NCBI RefSeq assembly: GCF_001194135.2
Contig: NC_068984.1
Coordinates: forward strand, 57,352,642-57,416,641
From: Octopus bimaculoides
Lineage: Eukaryota
Reading direction: 5' to 3'
DNA length: 64,000 nucleotides
Part shown: positions 11,271 to 24,900 of the stretch, one piece after another
How positions within the stretch are numbered: position 1 is the first letter of the stretch
Layout: the number at the start of each line of letters is the position of its first letter
Program-made: the position numbers and the translations under genes
The notes under the pieces: generated by a model
Database searches by the model: none
The model's input: only the letters and a program-made list of their open reading frames with translations
Told to the model about the DNA's origin: nothing

Positions 11271-13645
11271 CTTTTACTAAATATAAACATCATCACTACC
11301 ACCATTTACCATTACTATCATCCATTGTATTTTCTGCTTTCTTTTTCTCTCTTTTTTTTCTGTTGCTTTCTCTTTCTGTCTTTTCCTCTCCCACTTTTTC
11401 TCTCTGTACCTTTCTCCATCTCTCTTTCTATATATCTTCCTTTCTTCATTCACCATTATCAACTTCACTGTTGGCACCACTGCCTCTGCCAATATCACTA
11501 CTAGTACTACCAACTGTTTTCTTTTCTTTACTAAATTTGAGTTACTTCCCTTAGAATTACATTAAAGGTAGGTTGGCAAGTACTATTGTATTAATATATA
11601 ACTATATGAAGGAAGGTAGTATTTATGTTTACACTGAACTTAAACCTGGTTTTGTTATTTTGTATTCTCTAAGTATTGAAGTCAAAATGATTGAACAACA
11701 GAAACCCAACATTGCTACAGTCCAGAGGCTGAAATCAATAAAAGAGTAAACAAATTAAAATCAGTATTGTTCTAATCCTCAAATAGCAAATGCAATAGGC
11801 TCTAAATGTTTAATGATGTTGTAAAAGTGATGATAGTTTGTACCAAAACTCTGTTGGATCATTGAGATACTATTCTACATTCAGTTTTTATGTAGTGGAT
11901 ATAAGAGGCAAATACACTTTGTTGTCTCCAGACTTGTCAGACTTGAACATAACACTGCAAGCTAAGGAAATATTTGTCAACTTTTACAATGCCACTGTTG
12001 TCCTTCCTTCTACTCTAAGCCTTGAATTATATGCATACCTGCAGTACGCCAATAGAGCCAGATGAACTTAGCAAGCAAAACTTAAATGCTTTGACTGTGG
12101 ATACAAATCACAAATCTTTCAGCTGTTTATCTGGTTTTCTTATCAAATTGCCCATCTGTTGTCTCAGGGCTGAGCTACATTTAAACAACAGCACCAATTA
12201 ATGTTTACAGATATATAATGTTTATACATTAGACGTATATGTTTATATTAAAACCTTAGCTGTTAGTTTATAATTCATTTAATATGTTTGTGTCTGTGTA
12301 TGTATGTGTGTATTGAGAGAGAGAGCATACAGAAACTTCCATCTATCTAAGGCAGATAAAAAATAACAGGCTGTATCAAAGAAAAAAAATGAACGTTATT
12401 TTTTACTACTATGTATATGTGTTATATATGTGTGATGATGATGCTTAGAAGTGTGTGTGTGTGTGTGTGTGTGTGTACCACCCTTGTAGGCAGAGAATAT
12501 GTCAACAAATTTGGACAAACCCTCCACAGCTCCATGTAAGTATAAATTTACATGGAGCTGTAAATATAAATTTGACTCTTAATCTTGGATCTATTTTAGT
12601 AATTGAGAATCCACTCAGTTGAGATCCTGGTTACATCCATCCATCTATCTATCTATTTATCCATCCATCCAGCCAGCCAGCCATCCTTCTTTTCTTCCTT
12701 CTTGTCTGTCTGTCTGTCTAGTTTTTAACTCAATATTTACACACTGTTATTTATAGCTTTATATATACTTCAAGTTTCAATGTTCCAAAAAAAGAATTAT
12801 TACACTTTTATCTCAAAGTTTCTAAATTCTTATGATGTCAAAAGCTGAGTTTCATGCTAGCGTGATCATCAGGTGAAACTATCATGACTTGGTGTTGATG
12901 GTGTATAATATCCACGTGTGTGGTCTGGTACTTTAGTTATTTCATTGGCTGTATGTTGTATATGTACGTGCACACACACACAAAAAATATATATATTTGG
13001 ATATGTATAATATGCTTAGTTTATATAATGTATGGTGATACTCTAGCATGGCCACAGTCCAACAATGCAAAGAGTAACAAGAATTGTATACAATATTTCT
13101 TCATTAGAAGGTTGGCTATAATTATACAGTGTAACAGATCAACTAATTACAAATTAACCATACTAAACCAGTCTATCTGGTGGTGACACTGAGCTGCCTC
13201 TTATTTATGATGTAATTATCACTATATTATATCTGCTTATATTTTTTCCTTTTTAGTTAATACACATTGATTAGAACTACAGTATAATTAGTCTTTCTGT
13301 CAACTGTTTCACTTCAAATGCAGATTAAACTACCAGTTGTTTCTGTTAGTTATTGTTGTTAGCCACAGGTCAAACTATCTGTAACCATTGCATCTTCTTT
13401 AAGGAGCTTGGAGTGACCTAAATTACCTAATATCTCCTTTTTTTATAGCCTTCCTATCTTTTTAATTTACAAAGTTAGGACTACATCTTACAGACAGTTC
13501 AAACAGTGGAATAGAATTTATGTTGTGCTTTAGTAATATTGACTAGTAGTAGTAAACACTTTCTCTCTATCCCTATCTACCTGTCTGTCTATCTACTTTT
13601 ATTTTCTCTAATAAAAGATTCTGCCCAAAATGGTAGACTTCACCT

Positions 13646-13875
13646 ATGAAGTTTTGAAATAGCTGTCCCATACCTCATGAGAAAGGAAAGCAAGGATGTT
13701 ATTTTTCCTTTACTTTTTTTAGTAATCTTGTTTCATAAAGAGGAAATTATAATTCAGAAAAAATTTCCAAACATTTCAGTTTTTTACATTTTTCAACCCC
13801 ACAACCTTTTTATACCTTTTTTCCTCTCTCATGAGGTATGGTGACTTTGATGGCCAGCTATTCCCAAAATTTCAC
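13646..13875. repeat. Degenerate small inverted-repeat element (MITE-like)
   Basis: Perfect 15-bp inverted pair ccatacctcatgaga (13668) / tctcatgaggtatgg (ends 13841), extended outward by atagctg/cagctat and tgaa.tttt matches. Confidence 0.55.
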
Positions 13876-15240
13876 TTCTTCTTCACAGCATAAAACTTAT
13901 TCCATTGTTTGAACTATCTATATAACTATTTGTTGATACAGATTATTACTAATTTCCTTGGATTTTAATGGGTTTAGTACATTATTTAATGTGTTTTCCC
14001 TAACATAAGACAGTTGGGTGTGATTTGAGAGAACTTTTACTACTACTTCTAGCAAGGAGGTGCAGTGAATAGCACTGAATTATCACTATTCAATAGTGCA
14101 CCCTCAGATTTACAGTAATAACACTAATTTCAAACCTCACTTTTATATTATTGCAAATTAGTGCCCACCCAGAATATTCTGAAGCACTCCTAGACACTAA
14201 AGTCTGTTGACAGGCCTGTGACCATTTTGGAACTTTCTCTCTCTTAATGGCTTGTTTTTCTAAGAGTAAGCACTTCTCTGTCTCTCTCCCCACTATGTAA
14301 TAGTTATTCTATAAGTTACAAAAATTACCTGCTTTTATCTATCAAGTCTATTCTACTTTCCGTTTCTCTTTTCTTGTAGTGATGATAGTAGGCTGAACTG
14401 TTGGCTACTGAACATCCACTTTCATTGTTTGTTTTTGTTTGTTGTTATTACACCAGTGATTAGATAATAATAGTAAAGTGCCTACTGACATACTACCATC
14501 ATTGCTTCTGTTACAAAAAACTAAAACTAAAAAAAAAAAGAGTAAATAAACCGATATACTAAAGCTGTTCTTTTTTTTTTTTACTGCAACAATGAGGTCT
14601 CCTGATTGCAAGTAATGACTGGTGGTGGTTGTGGTTGGTCATTTGTAGATTATTACATTGCAATCTAAGCTTCTTATATCAGCTTTAGCTTGAAAAATCA
14701 GCTGAAAGCTTCTGCAGCAGATTAAGACTCAACATGCAATGATAATTCTCTACTAACCATTGTTCCATTTTTTCCTAATATATATGTGTGTGTTTATACA
14801 CACACACACACACACACATATGCATCCATCCATACATACATACTAAATTATATTCAAGGTAAATATAATTAAATGTAGTTTCTATTTAGGATACCTGTAA
14901 TTGCTATTCAAATTCCCCTTCTGTTCAGTTTACTTTGTTTTTCATCTTGTAATTTGTTTTTGGATATAATAAAACAGTATGGTGGAGTTAGTTTTTGAAG
15001 AAAATGGTTGAAAACAAATAAACATAGAGGTAGGAGGGGTACCTATAGTCAATAATTTTACTAATTAAAAGGCAAAATAGTCATGGCTGGAATACCTAAG
15101 ATCATAGGACTGTTTGCTCTGCCACTCCTCTCTTGTGGCTATATATCAATAGTAACAACTTTTAATAATTATGTAAAATGCAATGAGAAAAGAAAGAAAG
15201 AAATTTCTGACAATCTGAAAAACAGATTCAATAACTTGTT

Positions 15241-15277
<37 letters not shown>

Positions 15278-17179
15278 CCCCAGGTCAGATTTGAGTTGTC
15301 ATCAGATTAACATTAGCATCTTGGCTTTTTGTTAGGCATTATGCACTCAAGACCACATTATTTAGTATATCCTTCCTTTTTTAAAGATGGTTGAGTATGA
15401 GTTAAGGGAGATTTGGCAGCAATTTCTAGCAGTTCATGGGACCATATAGAGACTCCTTCATGACTTGTTAGATTTGACTGAGGTTGTCACATGATGGTAC
15501 ACATAAAATTTCTTTTTGTAAATGTTGTTTGAATTATTTTGAACTGTAGCTTTTGGCAAAACCTAATACTTGATTTTACTTCCTGATTGTAAACATTTCA
15601 ATTCACTTATGCTGCTAATGCCCTTGGAAAATATATGGACATCACACAGTCATCTTCCCAATAAATCTGAATTCAAAACCAATATTTCTAGTGCCATCAT
15701 CATCATCATTATCATCATTATCATCCATTCAATTTCTGTGTTGGCATAGAATGAACTGGTCATCACAGTCAGAGTTGGTTTTTATTTGGAATTACTGCCC
15801 TCCTAGACAGTCTCTTTTATACAGTCCATATTGGCATGATTTCTATAGCTAGATGCCCTTCATGGCATTAACCACTTTACAGAGTGTACTGGGTGCATTT
15901 TATTATGGCTTGCTGTCAACTGACTTTCTTGTACCCTACAAGTCTTTCAGACTTGTACAAGTCCTCACTACTCTATGGTGTCTCCTTTTAGTCAGAGCAG
16001 CATGACCAAGAGGGTGAGTGAGAGTAATGTCAAAAGGACCAAAGTGAGTGGAAGGGAGCCAGAGTATGAGGGGAGAAACAGAGTAATTTGGTTGAAAATG
16101 TGGTGAAGTGATAAAGGAGAATAAGGAAAGAGGGACAGTACTCAAGAAAGTAATAGAAGAGAGGTAATGATGGTAGCAACATATTTGCGTCCCTCTACAA
16201 CAAAGGCCTTTATTCAATATACCAGGATTCATGTTTCCCAACAGCATACGAACTTATTCATTTTTATACACTTTATTAAATCCTTTTGTTTATGTAAGAG
16301 CTCTTTATTTCTTGAATAAATTTAAAGAACATTGTTTATTGAAACCTCACAAAATTTCATTTGAAAGAAATGAAAGTTGAATTGCAGAAAAAAAAAAAAA
16401 TAGAGTGCATTTCTTGAAATTCTTTCTAAAGTTTTTTTTCTAGTGACATTCATATTAAAGGGGAAGAAAAGCTGACAAACATTTTACTTTCTCAAAAATT
16501 GTTTCATTGAAATTTTAGAAAAACCTTTTTAAAATCTTAATTAAGATATGGTTACACATTTTAAAGGCAAACTGACTTGAGAAAAATGTTCATAGAAAGA
16601 TATTCACTGTCATTTATTGATGTAGAAAAGAGTAGTTAGTGTCATTAAGATTATGTGTTAGTGGGAGGAGGGTTAATAAATCGGGTTTCAGTTTCCAGGA
16701 CATTATTTTTATTTGGTCAGGCAGTGTCTTAGTAATGTTTCATGCATTTTTCCATAAGTGCTTCAAGTAAAATTATTATTTTGTTGTCTTTCTCATTATC
16801 ATCATTGATTCTTGAAATTCTAAGAGTCTAAAATATCTTTTGACTTGGCAACAAGTAAGAAATCCATATTAGCTGTAGCAAAATTATGTTACTAACTGAT
16901 TGGTCAGTCAGAATATTTATGACAAACCATTAAAGATATTAACTAATGAATGAATATCACTGAAACAGGATTATTGATTTTTTTTCTTTTTATTTCAAGA
17001 ATTCCCTCTTTCTGTTAACATACATAATTTCATATTCTTTTACATGCTTATTACAAATTTACTAATTAAAAAAGTCACCAGGCAGGATGCTTTTTCTGGA
17101 AACTTCAGCTTCTTTCTTTGGAAATTATACCAATTTTGTTGTAAAACTAGGTCAAAACTAAAAGTATGAATACAGAGTG

Positions 17180-18400
17180 CATCTTTTTTTTTTTCTTTTT
17201 TGAGGTTATTTGTATAAGTTTAGTAAAAACGCATAGCTCATCCAAGAAATGCTGTATTTGAAAACAAATTAGTACAACCTTCAGAATATTTTCATCATAC
17301 ATATGTAATGAATCCACCATCAATGGCTGCTTCAATATGGGGTTGGAAGCATTGACATGCCTGAATCAGATGATTTTTATCAATTTTGGACATAGTGTTG
17401 GTTATGGCACACTTGAGATATTGCATGGTGTTATGGGGGTGTTGGTTGACCTTTCTGTTGATGACACTCCATACATAACAGTCCAGTGGATTGAGGTATG
17501 GTGAACTAGGAGGCCATGAGTCTAGAAAAACATAGTGAAGGAGATTGGCACACATCCATACTTTGGTTGTCCTAAGCCTTATGAGATGGCACAGATTCTT
17601 GTTGGAAGATGTACAGTCTTCTGTTGCATATTCTGTCTATCCAGGGCCTCACAACTTTCTCCAACACCTGTGTGTACAGCGGCATTGCCTCTCAAGCCCT
17701 ATGGAAAAAGGTGAGAAAGCATAACATCTCCTGCACTGCTGATGACTCTCACAACTATCATAGTTACTGGGAACTTAGTATGCAAGACCATTGGGACTTC
17801 ATTTAGGTCTTTGTACGACCATCTGTCATTCTTTCAGTTTACTTTTTGATCCTGATAGAAGTTTTTCTTATCAAATATAAACCAAGACATTCTGGCCTCT
17901 TGGTGTTTTAAATTGTTCACCAAGCATTTTGCACAAATCAAATGATTCTCTCTTGTCACATCTAGCATAAACTCCTTTGCATCACAGTTTGACTTCTACC
18001 GGATGTCCTCATTCACAACTCTTTTGATGGTGCATTCTGAAACCTTGAAGTCCTTTGCAGTGACTCTGATTGACTTTCTGGAGTTTTTTTTTAATTATTT
18101 CTTTTACTTTTGTACAAAGTTATGTGTTCTGATGGCACTAGGACCCTGCATATTACAATTTGTTGGATCACTGTCAGTGGCTTCCAGCTCCTTTTGAACT
18201 TTGACAGCAAAGAACTGGGTAACTTTCAGGAAACAAGCTATCTCTGCATCACTATGATGCACTTTAAAAGCAACTATCTCAGCATGCCTTTTCATTTGCT
18301 GTGTCAACCTGATGACTGTATGGTAAAAAAAAAAAACTAAGAAGAACTGATGTACCTTGTAATTAAAGTATTATGTCATTTTAATTTGTTTATCCATGCC
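17180..18400 (-). mobile_element. Decayed Tc1/mariner DNA transposon, DD37D (maT-like) transposase pseudogene
   Basis: Fragments MTQQMKRHAEIVAFKVHHSDAEIA..., DKKNFYQDQKVN..NDRW, HTKFPVTMIVV, IFQQES.PSHK and WPPSSPYLNPLDCYVW...HPHNT, with stops and frameshifts. About 37 residues lie between the second and third catalytic positions. Possible terminus TACAGAGTG at 17181; the other end may be lost in the gap. Confidence 0.85.
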
Positions 18401-18408
18401 ATAAAAAC

Positions 18409-18464
<56 letters not shown>

Positions 18465-18687
18465 NNNNNNNNNNNNNNNNNNNNNNNNNNNNNNNNNNNN
18501 NNNNNNNNNNNNNNNNNNNNNNNNNNNNNNNNNNNNNNNNNNNNNNNNNNNNNNNNNNNNNNNNNNNNNNNNNNNNNNNNNNNNNNNNNNNNNNNNNNNN
18601 NNNNNNNNNNNNNNNNNNNNNNNNNNNNNNNNNNNNNNNNNNNNNNNNNNNNNNNNNNNNNNNNNNNNNNNNNNNNNNNNNNNNNNN

Positions 18688-18753
<66 letters not shown>

Positions 18754-19462
18754 GAGAAGAGAAGTCTGGAAAGTAACTAATACTATATGTGATATGATAT
18801 ATCATGCAGTTTCTTCTATTGCAGCAGTCAGTTACAGAAAATGCATGCACCCATAAAAGTCAACCATAAAATTTCATCCACAAGCTCATAAATTCTGCTG
18901 TGCAGGATCAAATCTTCTCAAAGAATATAATATTCCTATCTAACCAATACCAGCATAAAAATGAGCATAAAGCAAAACATGGCAATGATGAAATTTATCA
19001 AACAATCCATCAGACATGATATCCTTAGAAAAAATTTTATGCTCATGTATAAATACTAAAGCTCTGTAAATTAACACATGGAAAAGAAAAAAAAAAAAAG
19101 ATTTTCTGGACATGAATCATTATTTTTACCAAATCTGATTTGAACTCAAAAGCTTTTTGCTAATATGAAACCCAAACCAGGGTAATATTAGAATTGCTTG
19201 TATATTCCTTTGTTATAATTGTTCAGTAAATGGTTTGATGTGAGAAGGGAGGGAGTAGGAACTTTTTAAAAAATTGCTACATTATGGTAGAGTCATATCA
19301 GCCATTTAAACTACTCTGATCTATTTACTTTTGTTGTTTAAATTTTGAATGGTGTGTGCGTGTGTGTATATATATATGTTGTATATACCAAAGTTGTTTG
19401 TCATATATCTATATCCTGGTATTCCGTTCTCAACTTCATGGTGTCTAATTCACTGGTCACAG

Positions 19463-19515
19463 ACATTCTTCGTCGCTGCATTTATGATACAGGAAAGTGG
19501 AAAAGTAGCAGCTAG
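19463..19515 (+). CDS. Candidate terminal exon; in phase 1 reads (D)ILRRCIYDTGKWKSSS*
   Basis: Branch-like CTAAT, then cactggtcaCAG ending at 19462. Retains CpGs (CGT CGC), is in frame with exon 3946-4000, stops at TAG 19513-19515 and is followed by AT-rich UTR-like sequence. Confidence 0.45.
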
Positions 19516-22500
19516 TTTGTAAATGTAAAAGAAAAATAACTTTGTGTGTATAGTATTTAAACCTGGTAATCACGTTAGTCTGCAATTATGAAAGAACTCG
19601 ATATTGAGCATAAGGTTCTATATAAACGGATTTATTCATATTTTATAACATGGTCACTGTTGTTTCAGTAAAGTAAGTAATTGCTTTATGTTTATGTATG
19701 TATCTATAAGTACTTGAATTTCCACCAATACAATACATATGTATGGCGTTCATGTTTATGAACATATAAAGTGTGTGCAGTGTAGGTACATAATTATATG
19801 TACTTGTGTTCTATTATATGTGTGTTCTTCCTCCATTTTGTTTCTGGGTGTATATACATGTCAATGTATGTGTATATATTATTCAGATATAAGTCTACAT
19901 GTATTTTCAATGCATATATATGCATTTTTATATATATTCTTTTATTCTTTTACTTGTTTAGTCATTTGACTGCTGGAGCACTGCTTTGAAGGGTTTTTAA
20001 TCAAACAAATTGACCCCAGAATTTACATTTTTTAAAAACCTGGTACTTATTTTATCGGTTTCTTTTACTGAACCACTAAGTTACTGGGACATAGACACAC
20101 CAACACCAGTTGTCAAACATGAAGAGGGAGACAAACATGGACACAAAGACACACACATATAGATATATGCATATATATATATATGTATATATATGCATAT
20201 ATATACATAATGCAAGAGAGTTAGGGGTTGAGGATTCAACCCACTAAGGGATAGTATCTATCCAATATACTGCTGGGAGGGTACCCAATTATTGTTACAC
20301 TAGTGTTATACCAAGTGTAATAAGTGGGAGCAGGTAAAAGGGGTGGGGTTTACCCTAAATTTATATATCAATTAGAAAATGGAAGCATATTATCCTCCAT
20401 TTTCTAATTCATATATATATATATATATATACACACACACGATGGGCTTCTTTCAGTTTCCATCTACTAAATCCACTCACAAGTGGATATATATAGTTAA
20501 TAAGATTCAAGTAAAACCTTGTAGAATGCTATGCAAAGCCCATTCACAGTTATTGGTTACCTAATGTCATCATATTGTGGAAATGCTCTTGCTACTGGAT
20601 ATACATCATGAATTCTCAGGGAGATTCAGCGCGACACAGAATGTGATAAGGCTGACCCTCTGAAATACAGGTACTGCTCATTTCTGCCAGCTGAGTAGAC
20701 TAGAGCAATGAAAAATAAAGTGTCCTGCTCAGGAATACAATGCACTGCTAGGAATTGAACTCACAATCTTATGATCATGAACAGAACATCCTAACCATTA
20801 AATCACATGCCTTCATGCATATATGTATGTGTGTACGAGTATGTACGTATGTATGTATGTACGTACGTATGTATGTATGTATATTAGTGATGTGTGTGTT
20901 TGTGTAAATATGTAAGAATATAGAGGGAAAATAAATATAACATCACAGATATATTTTAAATGGTCATTATGATCCTACCATGATACATTTCATTTGTATA
21001 TTTATGTACTACAAAGTTAAGTATTATTTTTGTTTTCATTTCTTCTTTTTAAGCTTCTATTTCATCTAGTGGAAATTGTCTTATATTTGAATCTATTCTG
21101 AATATTTTTCTGAGTCATTTTGACAGCCCAGCAGTTGCATTAATACTAGTATTGTTTTCTATATACAGGTACTTGATGATAAAGTAAAGTATACAATTTC
21201 ACTAAATAATATATGCTAATGTATCAGCCTATCTTTTCTATTAAGTTATTTGCTTTTATTTCAATAAGAATAATAAGCAAGATAAAAAAAAAAAAGTAAC
21301 TCTCACACTCTTATTGCATGTCAATTTTGTTTGTTCTTTGTAAAGTCATCATAGCCAATCTCTGGATACAGAATGGGTTTGCTCTTACTCTGTCTTAATA
21401 GGTATTTGTCGGAAAATTAGTTTGACATTGTACCCTATCACTAGAAAATTCAATCTCTGCATGGTAGTATAATTTCTTTTTTGAGTCTCATCAGATAGAT
21501 TCTTTCTCATCACATAAAATGACTTTGAGGCATAATATCAAGAATATGAAATATACATGCAAAATCTAACACCCTATACTTTGACTGAATAGATCTTATA
21601 GTTTTTTTATATTGTTTGACTTAATTTTTTTTTCTTTTTATACCCCTATAACATAGAAATAATTATTTTATTACTTATACTAGGAACAGATTTGTTTTGT
21701 ATTAATGATTTTAATATTTTCAACAAAAAGATTTGTATTTTCTGTAAACATATGAAGGTAAAGAAAAATAATTACTCTGTTTTATTATAATGAAGTTTAA
21801 ATAACTAACAGTTTAGAAATAGTTTACAATAGATTCATAAAAAGTAAGGTAGATGTAGCAACTGTTTTGTAGAAAATGAGAATTTTGATTACTAATAGCA
21901 TGGAGTTGCCTAACTTATTGTTAGTGTTGTGCTTATTTTCATTTCATTTTTTATAACTCTGTGTTGCAATAAATGATTCATATTCTTAATAACCTTATCA
22001 TAATTAATTTGCCTGTTGCTATTTTTTAAAACTGTATTATTTAAATTTATGACAGAGTGTGTATATTCTAGAATGTAGCACTTTGCCTGCGTATTTATAG
22101 GATAGAAGTCAGCGTTCAAGAAACCATGTGTGCAATCTAGTTTTAATTTCCTTTGTAGCTATTTTATTTCACTTATGTTGTTAATGCTTATGGAAAAAGG
22201 CTTGGCTTTACTAGAAAGGTTTGGCCTTTACTATTTCATTACACCTTTCCCCTCTAATTCACTTTACTTCATGCCTACCCTTAAAATGAGTAATGAGGAA
22301 ACCAGTCTTGCGTGTCTCCTCTGATCTGTAATGCTAGAATATATTCTAGTTACACCCAGAAACAATATAATTTTTTAAATAAGAAGCATGCTGATAGCAG
22401 ATCCAGTTTTGTCAAAAATCAGCTGCTTTAAAAACAACTAAATATCATCAATCATTGTTGATTGTGCTTACAGGTACAATAGAAGATCTGTTTGGCTCAA

Positions 22501-23489
22501 TTTAACATTTAATTTTACTGATCATATTAATATAACTTCAAACATTTGTCCTAAATTTAGTATTATCTGATTGTCATACTGATGAATTATAGTTTTTAAT
22601 TTTTATGAAAAGCTGCAAAGAAACATATACGTTAGATTTTAAAATAATTTAGATAGTCATTATTTCATTATAGTTTATAGGTTGTTTTAAATTTGTAAGA
22701 AATTAGCTGAAATTGCTTTTGATAATTTATACAAAATATCTAGTAGACTGATTCTTTAGAGAAAATATTCAGGGACAGACAACTTCATTTAGTTGACTCT
22801 TCTTATTAATGTCACTCTAAAAACATTCTTATCCATAGCATCTTCTAATAATTTTTGCCTGAATTAGCTAAACTGTATTATCTTGATCTTTATCATTGTG
22901 AGTCAGAAAATGCATAAGTGGTAAATTCCTTCTATCATGATAGCTGGATTGTTGGATGATAACCGTATGGAAATCTTTATTTTATGCATGTGCATAAATT
23001 ATTTGCATTCGTTATTAGTGTTACATTGATAAATACTATTGTATTTTTGATGTGTTATTCATTATATATTTTGTTACTTCCTGCATGAATCAAATAAGCA
23101 AGATTTTTCTGAACGGTGTGTTTACTTCAAAAAATATCCAAAGATCTTGACTTTGAATAATCTGTGGAGATCCTCGCTGGTAAAAAAATTTCCATCATTG
23201 CATGACACACACACACTCTCTCTCTCTCTCTCTCCCCTCTCTCCCCCTCGCTCTCTCTCCTTTTTTCCTTCTCTCTCTCTCACATACACACACACACACC
23301 TTGTAGAAAATTCTGCTGTGACATTGGATCTAATCATTATCACCCACCTCTATTATGTCATTAATATCTCTTACCAGCATTGTCATTCCTTCAGTCACAA
23401 CCAGCCAAAGTGTTTAATGCTACACATTGGACTTTAATACCATATGGCTTCCTGTTTGACAGCAAAACACAAAACAAAATCCAATATCA

Positions 23490-23674
23490 GAGTAAAGATT
23501 ATTTGCCAACATAACATGGCAGTTCTGGATTAGGACGAATGCTGCTGTAATTTAGCCCCAGGAGACATCGTCTTCAGCTGGCTATATGACACGATCTGTC
23601 TCCTGGGGCTAAATTACAGCAACATTCGCCCTAAACCAGAACTGCCATGTTATGCTGGCAAATAATCTTTACTC
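23490..23674. repeat. Near-perfect hairpin/MITE: 78-bp arms (23490-23567 and 23597-23674), 29-nt loop, 4 mismatches
   Basis: gagtaaagattatttgcc...ccccaggagaca is mirrored by tgtctcctggggc...ggcaaataatctttactc (base-by-base comparison). Confidence 0.92.
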
Positions 23675-23904
23675 CAAAGTACTGTTGCTGAATATCTCTC
23701 GTTGTGAGATTTATAAATAGTAATTTTCCAAACCCAATATCAGCATGAGTATTTATAATTTACCTTTCTGAATAAGCTATTGAGGCACATCCCTTCTACT
23801 CTACTATCTCTCTGTCTCATTTTGTATTTTCATGCTGCTATAATCTTTATAAAATATGGATGATCATTCTATAAAGTCATTTCTTTATGGTGTGTATGGA
23901 TACA

Positions 23905-24900
23905 GTGTAAAGAGAGAGGGATTGCTCAGTGCCTAAATCATCGAGCAAAGGAATATAAGTAGCGATCACAATACACACCACGAAGAAATGATCAAGCTCA
24001 GTAACAATCTATCAAGCAGCAACTACCCCCCAAACATACTATCCACTCCAATTATGAAGAAAAGAGAGAATGAAACCAATAAACTGTCCACAGTCTGTCT
24101 ACCCTATGTGAAAGGCCTCTCCCAAAAGATATGCGGCCCATATGACATCAGGACTGTATCCAAGAGTAATACAACACTTTGCAAATATTTCCTTTGAGTA
24201 AAACCACCAATAGAAGAGAATATGACCAAAGACTGCGTGTACTCCATCCCATGCAGCTGTGGTAGGTTATACATGCCGCCCCTTCAAACTAAAGGTAGAC
24301 AAACATCACAAAGCTGTGGCACGAGGAGATATTGATAAACCGGGTATAGCTGATCATGTATGGAAAAATGGAGACCACCTCCCCCTGTGGGATGAATTTA
24401 AAATAATAGACATAGAACACCACTGGAAAATACGGAAACTAAAAGCACATATGCTAGGACACAACAACCTCCTAAGCAGACCAAGTGCAGATATGAGTAG
24501 CATATGGGAACTAGTATTAAGGAAGGATAGGAAAATACTAGANNNNNNNNNNGACCAAGTGCAGATATGAGTAGCATATGGGAACTAGTATTAAGGAAGG
24601 ATAGGAAAATACTAGATTTATAAGCCCTAAAATTCACTCCATAATTGCCCATGGAAGCCTTTTAAATTCAAATGGCAAATCAGTTAAAATTATATAGATA
24701 CTAGCAACTAAGCCCAGTTTCACCCAGTCTGTTTGGATGATGTGGCTGTAATCGTTTTCGGTTAGGCATAATCTATAACAGCATTTCTCAACCTTATCAT
24801 TTCGGGTCCCCTGTTTCAACTGGAGTCTCCAGCTGTATGAAAATTTCCTGCCTCCCACCTTATCAGATAACAGCTTCAAGAGTTGTGAAGAATGAATTTG
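23905..24900 (+). mobile_element. Penelope-like retroelement remnant (GIY-YIG endonuclease region), pseudogenised
   Basis: ...NYPPNIL...VCLPYVKGLSQK...DCVYSIPCSCGRLY..RPFKLKVDKHHKAV...GIADHVWKNGDHLPLWDEFKIID.E..WKIRKLK matches the PLE RT-thumb/GIY-YIG region. In-frame TGA and frameshifts present; the right boundary is approximate. Confidence 0.85.

Noticed and set aside
24479-24616. 64-bp direct duplication (24479-24542 and 24553-24616) in the Penelope remnant
   Set aside because: Identical copies on either side of a 10-N gap are typical of overlapping contig ends; most likely an assembly artefact.
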